64,000 nucleotides of DNA from Candidatus Nanopelagicales bacterium (GTDB taxonomy: Bacteria > Actinomycetota > Actinomycetes > S36-B12): contig JAPKAV010000005.1 of assembly GCA_028825115.1 (NCBI GenBank), positions 1,563-65,562 of the forward strand, given 5' to 3'. Each line of letters starts with the position of its first letter. Within the stretch, counting starts at the first letter, position 1. Shown in pieces: positions 28,957 to 38,126 of this stretch. The translations under genes and the position numbers were made by a program. A model generated the notes under the pieces. It searched no databases. It worked only from the letters and a program-made list of their open reading frames with translations, and was not told the DNA's origin.

Positions 28957-29639
28957 GCTGAACCAAGTTCTCGAGCAATTGCATCAGCGGCTTCTTTCAA
29001 ATTCGGGCTGCCAGTAATGGGTCGTCCAATTACGAGTAGATCTGCCCCAGAATCAAGTGCCTCCTTCGGCGTCATTACTCGCTTTTGGTCGCTGGGCACC
29101 GACCCTGCGGGGCGCACGCCCGGGGTAATCAGGATTATCCCGCCACCCACTTCCGCACGAACCCGAGCAACTTCATGTGGTGAACACACGATCGCTCTGG
29201 CGCCTGCCGCAACGGATGAAGCAGCCTGCCGTACTACCGTGTCCTGTGCCGGAGTGCAGATCCCCACTTCGGCGAGCACATGGTCATCTAGGCTTGTCAA
29301 CACGGTGACAGCGGCAACCAAGGTCTCGGGTAATTCCTTACACGCCGCTCGCATCATGTCAGGTCCTCCGGAGGCATGCACGGTTAGGTACTTTGGCGCA
29401 TACCGGGACAGGGCTGCTGCAGCTCCCGCAACAGTATTAGGAATGTCGTGTAATTTCACATCAAGGAACAGATCACAACCACTCTCGCGGACCACCTCGA
29501 TTGCGTCTGCGCCATTGCGATAAAAAGTTTCTAATCCAATTTTGAGCGTGGAGACAACCTCCTGCGTCTGCCAAACCCACTCTCGCAGTACTTCAATTTT
29601 TTGTGCATCAAGTGCCACAGCAATTGGAGCTGTTCCCAT
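28953..29639 (-). CDS. pyrF: orotidine 5'-phosphate decarboxylase
   Basis: 228 aa OMPdecase (LFLDVKLHDIPNTV, lysine motif, ...LVIGRPIT). Confidence 0.9.
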   Translation of the reverse strand: MGTAPIAVALDAQKIEVLREWVWQTQEVVSTLKIGLETFYRNGADAIEVVRESGCDLFLDVKLHDIPNTVAGAAAALSRYAPKYLTVHASGGPDMMRAACKELPETLVAAVTVLTSLDDHVLAEVGICTPAQDTVVRQAASSVAAGARAIVCSPHEVARVRAEVGGGIILITPGVRPAGSVPSDQKRVMTPKEALDSGADLLVIGRPITGSPNLKEAADAIARELGSA

Positions 29640-29663
29640 TAAATGCCTTCCTTTTCACACTGG

Positions 29664-30710
29664 CTATTCAGAGATGAAATCCCAGTCCTGTTCACTTTCA
29701 TCTTTGGACTCACCCATTTCGTCTTCGATAACGGCCTCAATCACTTCTCTGTGCGCGAACGAAATAGCTTGCGTGAGGCTTTCGAAGCCGCGATTGCGTA
29801 GTTCTTGCTCCAATTCTCTCTGAATTCGCATTGGTGCCCCTGGGTCGTTAAAGATTGAAGTGCCTACAGAAATTGCGCTAGCACCAGCAAGAACCATTTC
29901 GAGGGCATCTTGGCCAGTTCTGACCCCGCCCATTCCAATAATGGGCAAATTGGGCAATGCGCTTCGGATCTGCCAGATACAACGCACCGCAATTGGCCGG
30001 ATCGCAGGGCCAGAAAGTCCTCCGGTCACACCCGCGAGGGCCGGGCGCATCGTCTGCGTATCGATGACCATGCCCAAAAGCGTGTTTATCACCGACACGC
30101 CAGTCGCGCCCGCCTGCGATACTGATGTTGCAATCTCAACAATGTCTGTGACATCGGGCGACAACTTCGCAAAAATGGGGATCTTGTTATCGCTATTTCG
30201 CCGGACAGTTTGAATTATTTGCGCGGAAATATCGGCCCGACAGGCAAACACTTGACCGCTGTCTTCCACATTGGGGCAAGAAATATTGACTTCAATTGCG
30301 TCGAAACCTCCTGCGACGCGGAGCTTGGCAGCAACTTTGCCAAATTCGTCAGCTGTTCTACCGGCAATGGAAACGATAGTGCGCGCTCCCCGCTGCTGTA
30401 ACCAAGCAAGGTCAGTTTCCAGAAAACTTTCGACACCAGGGCCTTGTAACCCGATCGAGTTCAACATGCCACTCGGAGTTTCCGCCATGCGTGGCGTTGC
30501 TCGGCCGGATCGCGGTGCCAACATGATGCTCTTAGTGACGATGCCACCGATCGCAGTGATGTCAAAATAGTTGTCGAGTTCGCGTCCGGCCGCTGCACAA
30601 CCGGAAGCTGTCAACACGGGTGACGACAACTCAAGTGAACCCAAATGGGTCCGCAGATCGAATGTTGATTCAGGTGAGGGTTTGACCGTTGAAATTATGG
30701 TTGGCGTCAC
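29664..30710 (-). CDS. pyrD: dihydroorotate dehydrogenase, class 1B catalytic subunit
   Basis: SPVLTASGC, catalytic Cys in EVNISCPNV (class 1), GGLSGPAIRPIA, IGMGGV. GTG 30710 overlaps the pyrK TGA (GTGA) and has GGGGAGGGG upstream. Has an acidic C-terminal tail. Confidence 0.9.
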   Translation of the reverse strand: MTPTIISTVKPSPESTFDLRTHLGSLELSSPVLTASGCAAAGRELDNYFDITAIGGIVTKSIMLAPRSGRATPRMAETPSGMLNSIGLQGPGVESFLETDLAWLQQRGARTIVSIAGRTADEFGKVAAKLRVAGGFDAIEVNISCPNVEDSGQVFACRADISAQIIQTVRRNSDNKIPIFAKLSPDVTDIVEIATSVSQAGATGVSVINTLLGMVIDTQTMRPALAGVTGGLSGPAIRPIAVRCIWQIRSALPNLPIIGMGGVRTGQDALEMVLAGASAISVGTSIFNDPGAPMRIQRELEQELRNRGFESLTQAISFAHREVIEAVIEDEMGESKDESEQDWDFISE

Positions 30711-31591
30711 GATCGCGGCCCCTCCCCACCCCAAGTACCCTCTGGGATTGTGCCAATGTCGGCCCAGCGAACCCGATCACCTCTGAAAACAGGGCCCTCG
30801 ACACAGGAGCGGAGCATGCGGGTTACACCGTCTTCACCGATTACGGGTAGCACGCAGGTCATGCAAACACCAATCCCACAGGCCATGGACTCTTCGACCG
30901 AACACTGACTAAAAATCTTCCGCGTCGTGCACTCCTCGGCGACACTGGCCAACATCGGCATCGGGCCACACGCGTAAACGACATCAACTTTAGATGAATC
31001 GAGGGTATTAATTAAGCCGTCAGTCACCCTTCCGCGGATTCCTGCCGTGCCGTCTTCCGTGGCCAAAGTCAACGAGGTTGATACACGTTTGAGATCAAGA
31101 CTTCCATAAAGCTTTTCCTCGGTGGATGCCCCAATAATCGAGTCAACCCGGCAACCACGTTCACGCAAAGCTTGCGCCAACATGATTAATGGCGCCGCGC
31201 CGTAACCACCACCCACAAGAACGCAGGTGACGGGTTTGGTGGGAAGCGTAAACGGTTTGCCCAATGGTCCGACCAAATTTACGGGATCGTGGCGCCGCAA
31301 TTTAGTCAGCCATTGCGAACCCTTACCCACAGGGGAGACAATAAAATCAAGCGTTCCACCATACATTCCTCGAACTTGCACACCTTGAATTGCGAAAGAC
31401 CTGCGAAGAACCATCGAACTTTCTTCGCCGCCCATGCCGACGGTCACGAATTGCCCAGGTCGGGCTCGCTCAGCTAACCCGGGAGCAGTTACCGACATGA
31501 GGAAGTAGTTACCTGATCGCTGCACATCAAGCACTTCACCCAGTACCTGCATCGCACCCAAAGTTGCACTCTCACTTGCACCCACGCTCAT
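30707..31591 (-). CDS. pyrK: dihydroorotate dehydrogenase electron-transfer subunit (FAD/2Fe-2S)
   Basis: FNR-like FAD/NAD domains (LRRSFAI, VLVGGGYGAAPL) and the C-terminal cluster motif CGIGVCMTC...SCVEGPVF. Confidence 0.88.
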   Translation of the reverse strand: MSVGASESATLGAMQVLGEVLDVQRSGNYFLMSVTAPGLAERARPGQFVTVGMGGEESSMVLRRSFAIQGVQVRGMYGGTLDFIVSPVGKGSQWLTKLRRHDPVNLVGPLGKPFTLPTKPVTCVLVGGGYGAAPLIMLAQALRERGCRVDSIIGASTEEKLYGSLDLKRVSTSLTLATEDGTAGIRGRVTDGLINTLDSSKVDVVYACGPMPMLASVAEECTTRKIFSQCSVEESMACGIGVCMTCVLPVIGEDGVTRMLRSCVEGPVFRGDRVRWADIGTIPEGTWGGEGPRS

Positions 31592-31600
31592 AGGACCACG

Positions 31601-32075
31601 CTACACGTTGTCCCAGTTCATACCTTGTACATGCTCTTGAATGGACTTCACACCTTGCTGGTCGTGCAGTAAGGAGTCGATACCCTGCACTACTGCAGCC
31701 AACCCTTGCACCATTGCGATGCATGGAACTCCACCAAGAACCGCGGCGGTGTGAATTTCATATCCATCTCTTCAAGGGCCAATGCCATACGGGGTGTTAA
31801 TGACCAGGTCAATTCACCGGCGTTAATTAAATCCACCGCTGTCGGCTCTCCACCCGGGCCTACGCCCTCAAATTGCTTTCTGGTCACCCGCGCAGGTACA
31901 CCATTGCGTTGCAAAATTTCGGCGGTGCCTTCCGTCGCAACAATCTCGATACCGAGGTCTGCCCGGTCAAAAAGACTGCTTCACCAAAGGCCGTCCCGCA
32001 CGCACCGAACCCCTTACCAACGAGCGAATATCCGTCTGCGATTACCAATACAGCCCTAGCCACACTGCCCATCAC
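31601..32075 (-). pseudogene. carAB: carA'-'carB fusion remnant (carbamoyl-phosphate synthase deletion scar)
   Basis: My minus-strand translation has three segments. 32075 to about 31962 reads [38 protein letters not shown] (CarA N-terminus). About 31959 to 31815, in another frame, reads [44 protein letters not shown] (CarB C-terminal MGS-like domain). After a 1-nt loss near 31813 it reads [44 protein letters not shown]..., with an in-frame TGA at 31772-31774 and the native stop at 31601-31603. Confidence 0.85.
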
Positions 32076-32241
32076 ACACTCATCTCACTTTCGAGTAACT
32101 TCGTCAATTTTTGATGACCTGCGCACGTATTAACAACCACTCCAGTTTTCTCGACGGGTCTTTCTCAGATCCGGCATAATCGTGAAAAGGCCCAATAACA
32201 GGCGCGATCGTATCGGCGATCGCCTCACCGTAGACCAATTT

Positions 32242-33543
32242 TCATGCATTGAGCACGCCACCTTGGACCTGATGTATGCCATTGAAAAAAACATCGGTGA
32301 CTGACACCGGAAGGGTCATGCCCGCGTACGGTGTATTTCCCGACAGTGATGCGAGTTGTTCTGCAACTACCAAGCGACCTTGGTCAGGGTCGATGAGGAC
32401 TAGGTGGGCTCTTTCACCAACGGCCAGCGGTCGACCGTGATTGATTGCACGACCAATTCTTGCGGGTGTACTCGACATCCGATCACTTAAGGTACGCCAA
32501 TTCCAATTTGGTACATCTCTCATCGCAGATACGACCACGCCCAGTGCAGTTTCTAGTCCAAGCATTCCAAATGCCGCATTGTCCCATTCACAATCCTTGG
32601 CTTCATGTGGATGGGGAGCATGATCGGTTGCAACTATGTCGATTGTTCCGTCTACCAAGGCTTCGCGTAATGCGAGCGTATCCGCTCGAGACCTCAACGG
32701 TGGATTGACTTTGTACACCGGATCAAAACCGGCAACAAGGTCCTCGGTGAGTAACAAGTGGTGCGGGGTCACTTCGGCACTAACTCGCACTCCCATTTTC
32801 TTGGCCCATCGGATTATTGCGACGCTTCCTGCGGTTGACACATGGCAAATGTGCAGCCTCGAGTCTACGTGAAGGGCAAGAAGTACGTCGCGGGCAATGA
32901 TTGCCTCTTCCGCCACCGCGGGCCACCCCGTCAAGCCGAGTATTCCCGACAGTTCACTCTCGTTCATCTGGGCACCCTGTGTCAATCGTGGGTCCTGTGC
33001 GTGTTGGGCGATAACGCCATCAAAAGTTTTTACATACTCTAAGGCTCTGCGCATGAGCAGGGGGTCAAATACGCAGTGCCCATCATCGCTGAATACGGTC
33101 ACACCGGCAGCTGAGCCAGCCATGGCTCCCAACTCGGCAAGAGCCTGGCCGCGCAGCCCAATACTTACGGCTCCAACGGGGAACACATCGACTAAACCGC
33201 TCTCCCGGCCAATTCGCCACACTTGCTCGACCACGCCGGCCGTGTCGGCAACCGGTGCTGTGTTGGCCATAGCAAATACAGCCGAGAATCCACCCAGAGT
33301 CGCCGCGCGCGAACCCGATGCAATGGTTTCGGCGTCCTCTCTCCCTGGCTCGCGTAAATGAGTGTGCAGATCAACAAATGAGGGCAGACAGACCCGTCCT
33401 TTTGCCTGCACCGCGTCGAGATTTTCGGGGTCAAGCCCAATGCCAATCTCCGCGATACGCCCATTAATTATTCGAATGTCTTGTTCTTCTTCACCGTATG
33501 GCCGCGCACCCACAATCAAATATGAATTAAGCGACACTGACAT
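32242..33543 (-). CDS. pyrC: dihydroorotase
   Basis: 433 aa amidohydrolase ([25 protein letters not shown]). Confidence 0.92.
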   Translation of the reverse strand: MSVSLNSYLIVGARPYGEEEQDIRIINGRIAEIGIGLDPENLDAVQAKGRVCLPSFVDLHTHLREPGREDAETIASGSRAATLGGFSAVFAMANTAPVADTAGVVEQVWRIGRESGLVDVFPVGAVSIGLRGQALAELGAMAGSAAGVTVFSDDGHCVFDPLLMRRALEYVKTFDGVIAQHAQDPRLTQGAQMNESELSGILGLTGWPAVAEEAIIARDVLLALHVDSRLHICHVSTAGSVAIIRWAKKMGVRVSAEVTPHHLLLTEDLVAGFDPVYKVNPPLRSRADTLALREALVDGTIDIVATDHAPHPHEAKDCEWDNAAFGMLGLETALGVVVSAMRDVPNWNWRTLSDRMSSTPARIGRAINHGRPLAVGERAHLVLIDPDQGRLVVAEQLASLSGNTPYAGMTLPVSVTDVFFNGIHQVQGGVLNA

Positions 33544-34465
33544 TTCCCCCGATCAGTAAGTACATGCTTGCCATGCGCACTACGAGCCCATTGACCACCT
33601 GTTCTGTAATCACACTTTGCGCACTGTCTGCTACCTCAGCCGTAATTTCCACACCGCGGTTCATCGGTCCAGGATGCATCACGATCGCGTGCTCAGGCAG
33701 TTCCCTGGCTCGTTTACGGTTAAGACCAAATGTTCGGCTGTATTCAAGTTCACTCGGGAAGAAAGTTCCATTCATACGTTCCTGTTGAACCCGTAACATC
33801 ATGATTGCATCCAACTCAGGCAGGTAAGCATCGAGGGAGTAGCTCACTTCACACGGCCAGTTCTCAATGCCCACAGGCAATAAGGTGGGTGGGCCGATCA
33901 CTATAACTTTGGCACCGAGAATTCCCAAAAGAAAAATATTGGAACGCGCAACCCGCGAGTGTAAAACGTCGCCCACAATTCCAATTGTCAATCCGGCGAA
34001 ATCTTTTGCCCCCGGGCGCAGGTGCGCTCTAAGAGTAAATGCGTCGCCGAGCGCTTGAGTTGGGTGCTCATGTTTTCCATCACCAGCATTAAGCACACTT
34101 GATTCCAGCCACCCGGCATGCGCCAACCTGTGGGCCGCTCCAGGAGAAGGATGACGCACAACAATCATGTCGGCGCCCATCGCATTTAAGGTCAGTGCCG
34201 TGTCCTTTAGACTCTCGCCTTTGGAAACACTCGACCCTTTTGCAGAAAATGTTACTACATCCGCGGAGAGTCTTTTTGCAGCTCGCTCAAATGAAATCCT
34301 AGTGCGAGTAGAGTCTTCATAGAAAAGATTCACAACAGTTCGGCCGCGCAATGTCGGCAAAATTTTGGTGCCACCATCGGTTACTTGGTTCAACTCGAGA
34401 GCCGTGTCAAGAATTCGCAGTGTGCCTGCCCGGCTCAGTTCCTGCACCGAGAGGAGGTGCTTCAC
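33527..34465 (-). CDS. pyrB: aspartate carbamoyltransferase catalytic subunit
   Basis: STRTR carbamoyl-P motif ([11 protein letters not shown]), [14 protein letters not shown]. Confidence 0.95.
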   Translation of the reverse strand: MKHLLSVQELSRAGTLRILDTALELNQVTDGGTKILPTLRGRTVVNLFYEDSTRTRISFERAAKRLSADVVTFSAKGSSVSKGESLKDTALTLNAMGADMIVVRHPSPGAAHRLAHAGWLESSVLNAGDGKHEHPTQALGDAFTLRAHLRPGAKDFAGLTIGIVGDVLHSRVARSNIFLLGILGAKVIVIGPPTLLPVGIENWPCEVSYSLDAYLPELDAIMMLRVQQERMNGTFFPSELEYSRTFGLNRKRARELPEHAIVMHPGPMNRGVEITAEVADSAQSVITEQVVNGLVVRMASMYLLIGGNVSVA

Positions 34466-35049
34466 AGTTGCTCCGTCGTTGATTGAATTACGATTTGATC
34501 AACCGAGTCAATTTCGCTTATCTGGACGGAAACTTTTTCATTCAACGACGTGGGCAGATTTTTCCCTACGTAATCAGGTCGAATAGGCAATTCCCGGTGT
34601 CCCCGATCAACCAGTACTGCCAGTTGAACAACCGCCGGGCGCCCATACTCATTCATTGCGTCAAGCGCCGCTCGAATGGTGCGCCCAGAAAACAGAACAT
34701 CATCGACCAAAATCACCGTTTTTCCGTCAATCCCTCCAGCAGGAAGGCGCGTCTGCTCCAAGGCTTTGGACGGACGCATTTGCAGGTCGTCCCGAAAAAG
34801 GGTGACATCCAACGAACCCACCGGAATACTGATTTTTTCGATGTCACGAATATTTTTAGCCAGTCGCTCGGCAATAGGGACACCGCGGGTGGGAATGCCT
34901 ATGATCACAATATTCGTGACGTCCTTCACATTTTCAACAACTTGATGGGCAAGCCTGCGCAGCATCCGGGAAATATCCTCTGGATCGGCGACCATCCGAT
35001 TGTTTGTTCGGGAAGAGCCCGCGGATGCGCCCGGTGACGACTCGCTCAT
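34462..35049 (-). CDS. pyrR: bifunctional pyr operon regulator / uracil phosphoribosyltransferase
   Basis: 195 aa. PRTase motif [18 protein letters not shown], plus [13 protein letters not shown]. First gene of the pyr block. Confidence 0.93.
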   Translation of the reverse strand: MSESSPGASAGSSRTNNRMVADPEDISRMLRRLAHQVVENVKDVTNIVIIGIPTRGVPIAERLAKNIRDIEKISIPVGSLDVTLFRDDLQMRPSKALEQTRLPAGGIDGKTVILVDDVLFSGRTIRAALDAMNEYGRPAVVQLAVLVDRGHRELPIRPDYVGKNLPTSLNEKVSVQISEIDSVDQIVIQSTTEQL

Positions 35050-35053
35050 GTGT

Positions 35054-35092
35054 TCGCCCTTCCCCGCCTCACTGGACGAGTCTTAAAGGTGT
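35054..35092 (-). promoter_or_regulatory. candidate PyrR-binding RNA hairpin overlapping the pyrR ribosome-binding site
   Basis: The minus strand reads CCUUuaagaCUCGUCCAGUGAGGCGGGgAAGGgcgaacacAUG. GUCCAGUGAGGC is one mismatch from the PyrR box core UCCAGAGAGGC as I recall it. Stems CUCG/CGGG and CCUU/AAGG would enclose it and pair with the purine-rich SD region. Confidence 0.5.
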
Positions 35093-35145
35093 GTGATTTA
35101 GATTGAAATGTGTGACCCTAAACTTATCTGATCCTTTTGATGGCG

Positions 35146-36579
35146 CTAGACACCACCACCGCGCCCCGCGGTTCCCATTTTGTGAACGCGCATGCCGTTA
35201 GTCGTTCCTGGCACACCAGGTGGTACTCCTGCAACAATCACCACGCGCTCCCCTGCGCTCGCTCGCCCAATATCTAATAACGCTTTATCAACCTGCGTCA
35301 CCATATCGTCGGTATGGCTTACTTGTGGGACCAGAAAGGTTTCAACTCCCCACGTCAACGATAACTGGCTACGGACCCGAGGATTTGGTGTAAACGCAAG
35401 TAGGGGGGTGCGGGCTCGCCAACGTGCGATCAACCGAGCCGATCTACCGGTTTCGGTGAATGCAATTAGATGAGAGGAACCGGTTCCCTTCGCGACGTCG
35501 ACCGCGGCGTGCGTAAGAGCTCGGGCAGTCGAGCCAGTCGGCGAGTCCTGCAATGCAGGAATTCGGTCGAGGGCCTCTTCTTCCAAGTGCTCAATGATCG
35601 TGGACATAGTCGACACCACATGCGAAGGTCGGGCACCAATGCTTGTCTCACCAGATAGCATGAGCGCATCTGCCCCGTCAAGGACCGCATTTGCTACGTC
35701 ACTTACTTCAGCCCGCGTGGGACGACTCTCGGTAATCATCGAATCAAGCATTTGCGTTGCCACAATGACCGGTTTTCCCGCCTCGCGACACATTTGGATG
35801 GCCCTTTTTTGCACGAGTGGAACCATCTCGAGTGGAAGTTCAACCCCAAGATCCCCCCGTGCAACCATGACTCCGTCAAATGCGGCGATGATGTCTTCAA
35901 GGTTGTCTACCGCTTGTGGTTTTTCTACCTTAGCAAGGACGGGGAGTCGCACTCCCTCTTCATCCATGATTGCGTGTACGTCATGAATATCTGCCGAAGA
36001 ACGCACAAATGACAGTGCGATCACGTCGGCGCCATTACCCAACCCCCAGCGCAAATCTTCGCGATCTTTTTCCGAAAGTGTGGGCACGCTCACAGCTACT
36101 CCGGGCAAATTGAACCCTTTGTTATTGGAGACAATTCCACCATCAATTACTCTGGTATACACCCGTGGGCCAACGATTTTAGTTACCTGCAATTCGATCC
36201 GGCCGTCGTCTACGAGGACCATGTCTCCCGGGTTGACGTCACCCGGTAGTCCGGTAAAGGTTGTGGAAACCATATGTGCGTCACCCGGACATTCTTCGGT
36301 CGTGACAATGAATTCCTCTCCCACCATTAGTTCAACTGGCCCTGAAGAGAATCGCCCGAGTCTGATTTTTGGTCCTTGAAGATCAACCAAAATCGCCACA
36401 CTTCGCCCTGATTCTTCTGAGGCCTGCCGAACCCACTTGCAGGCGTCCACATGATCTGCATAATCTCCATGGGAGAGGTTCAATCGAGCGACATCCATGC
36501 CCGCTGTGACCAACTCCAAGATAGATTCCGCGCTTGCAGTAGCTGGGCCAAGGGTTGCAACGATTTTTGCTCTTCTCAT
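35146..36579 (-). CDS. pyk: pyruvate kinase
   Basis: MRRAKIVATLGPA..., MVARGDLGVE, full 477-aa PK with C-terminal domain. Confidence 0.95.
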   Translation of the reverse strand: MRRAKIVATLGPATASAESILELVTAGMDVARLNLSHGDYADHVDACKWVRQASEESGRSVAILVDLQGPKIRLGRFSSGPVELMVGEEFIVTTEECPGDAHMVSTTFTGLPGDVNPGDMVLVDDGRIELQVTKIVGPRVYTRVIDGGIVSNNKGFNLPGVAVSVPTLSEKDREDLRWGLGNGADVIALSFVRSSADIHDVHAIMDEEGVRLPVLAKVEKPQAVDNLEDIIAAFDGVMVARGDLGVELPLEMVPLVQKRAIQMCREAGKPVIVATQMLDSMITESRPTRAEVSDVANAVLDGADALMLSGETSIGARPSHVVSTMSTIIEHLEEEALDRIPALQDSPTGSTARALTHAAVDVAKGTGSSHLIAFTETGRSARLIARWRARTPLLAFTPNPRVRSQLSLTWGVETFLVPQVSHTDDMVTQVDKALLDIGRASAGERVVIVAGVPPGVPGTTNGMRVHKMGTAGRGGGV

Positions 36580-36644
36580 GCCCGTATCCTACGGTAACCG
36601 ATTAGACATGGGTCGTTCCGACAATAACGCTCTCCAAGAAAGAT

Positions 36645-38099
36645 TCACACAACCAACGGTCGATCAAATGCTGAGATGGGACGGGGCAGGTTGGTCGACC
36701 CCATCAAGAATTTGTCTACTGATGCGGCAGCCGCTCGCCCTTCGGCGATCGCCCAGACAATCAATGACTGGCCGCGGCCGGCATCACCGGCAACAAACAC
36801 TGCGTGCGTCCCCGAAAAGAAATCTGCGTCACGCTTAATAGTGCCCCGCGCATCGAGTTCGAGCCCCAGCTGTTCAACGTAGGGGGCGGGTTCTGGCCCG
36901 GTGAAACCCATTGCGAGCAGGACAACATCCGCCTTGAGAATTTTTTCGGTACCGGGAATAACAGCGAAACTCCCATTCGCGAACTCCACTTCGGCAAGTT
37001 CTATTCCCGAAAGCTTCTGACCGTCCTCGCTCAAGAATCTTTGGGTTGACATCGAGAAAAGTCTTTCTCCCCCCTCTTCATGTGCACTCGAAACCCGATA
37101 AATCATGGGATAGGTCGGCCACGGCGCACTTTCGCTGCGTTCAGCACCGGGATTAGGCATGATTTCAAGTTGGGTCACACTGGCCGCCCCTTGTCGGTGT
37201 GAGGTGCCCAGACAGTCAGCACCGGTATCCCCACCGCCCAGGATCACAACATGTTTCCCAGCAACGTCATAGGGGGACTTCTCTAGGTCGCCTTCCTGCA
37301 CCCGATTGGCCAGGGGCAAGAACTCCATCGCTTGATAGATTCCATCAAAATCACGGCCAGGGACTTCAAGCTCTCGAGCGAGGGTTGAGCCAACACACAT
37401 CACGACCGCGTCATAGCGGTGGCGTAAATCCGAACCGGTCAGATCAACCCCAATCTCGATTCCCGCGCGGAATTTAACCCCTTCGGCTTCGAGCTGGCCT
37501 AGTCGCTGATCGAGATGATGCTTTTCCATTTTGAACTCTGGAATTCCATATCGCAATAAGCCTCCAATCCGGTCCGCGCGCTCGAACACAGCTACCGTGT
37601 GCCCGGCCCGTGCTAATTGTTGAGCAGCGGCGAGCCCGGCCGGACCCGAGCCAATCACGGCGACCGTGCGACCAGAAAGACTTTCCGGTGGCGCAGGGTT
37701 GATCCAACCGGCTTGCCATGCGCGGTCAACAATGGAGACTTCCACTTGCTTAATGGTGACGGGGTCTTCATTGATGCCAAGAACGCAGGCGGACTCACAC
37801 GGCGCAGGACACAGCCTTCCGGTGAACTCTGGGAAATTATTTGTTGCATGAAGACGTTCAATTGCTTGCCCCCAGTCCCGGTCAAATATCAATTCATTCC
37901 ATTCGGGGATCAGATTGCCCAGCGGGCAACCGTCGTGGCAAAACGGAATGCCACAATCCATGCATCGGCCAGCCTGGAGTTCAACATCTCGGGCATCGAA
38001 GTCTTCGTAGACTTCGCGCCAATCCCGAATCCGAATATCTACCGGTCGGCGCTTGGGTAGCTCTCGGTCGGTTGTGAGAAAGCCCCGCGGATCACCCAT
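36645..38099 (-). CDS. gltD: glutamate synthase (NADPH) small subunit
   Basis: N-terminal Fe-S Cys motifs ([22 protein letters not shown]) and the dinucleotide fold [14 protein letters not shown]. Confidence 0.93.
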   Translation of the reverse strand: MGDPRGFLTTDRELPKRRPVDIRIRDWREVYEDFDARDVELQAGRCMDCGIPFCHDGCPLGNLIPEWNELIFDRDWGQAIERLHATNNFPEFTGRLCPAPCESACVLGINEDPVTIKQVEVSIVDRAWQAGWINPAPPESLSGRTVAVIGSGPAGLAAAQQLARAGHTVAVFERADRIGGLLRYGIPEFKMEKHHLDQRLGQLEAEGVKFRAGIEIGVDLTGSDLRHRYDAVVMCVGSTLARELEVPGRDFDGIYQAMEFLPLANRVQEGDLEKSPYDVAGKHVVILGGGDTGADCLGTSHRQGAASVTQLEIMPNPGAERSESAPWPTYPMIYRVSSAHEEGGERLFSMSTQRFLSEDGQKLSGIELAEVEFANGSFAVIPGTEKILKADVVLLAMGFTGPEPAPYVEQLGLELDARGTIKRDADFFSGTHAVFVAGDAGRGQSLIVWAIAEGRAAAASVDKFLMGSTNLPRPISAFDRPLVV

Positions 38100-38126
38100 A
38101 ATAACTCCTCAACATCTTGGCCATTA

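Noticed and set aside
31690-32075. ORF-track entries 31690-31914 and 31884-32075 treated as two small independent genes
   Set aside because: They are the CarB C-terminal and CarA N-terminal fragments of a single deletion pseudogene. Neither is a complete domain.
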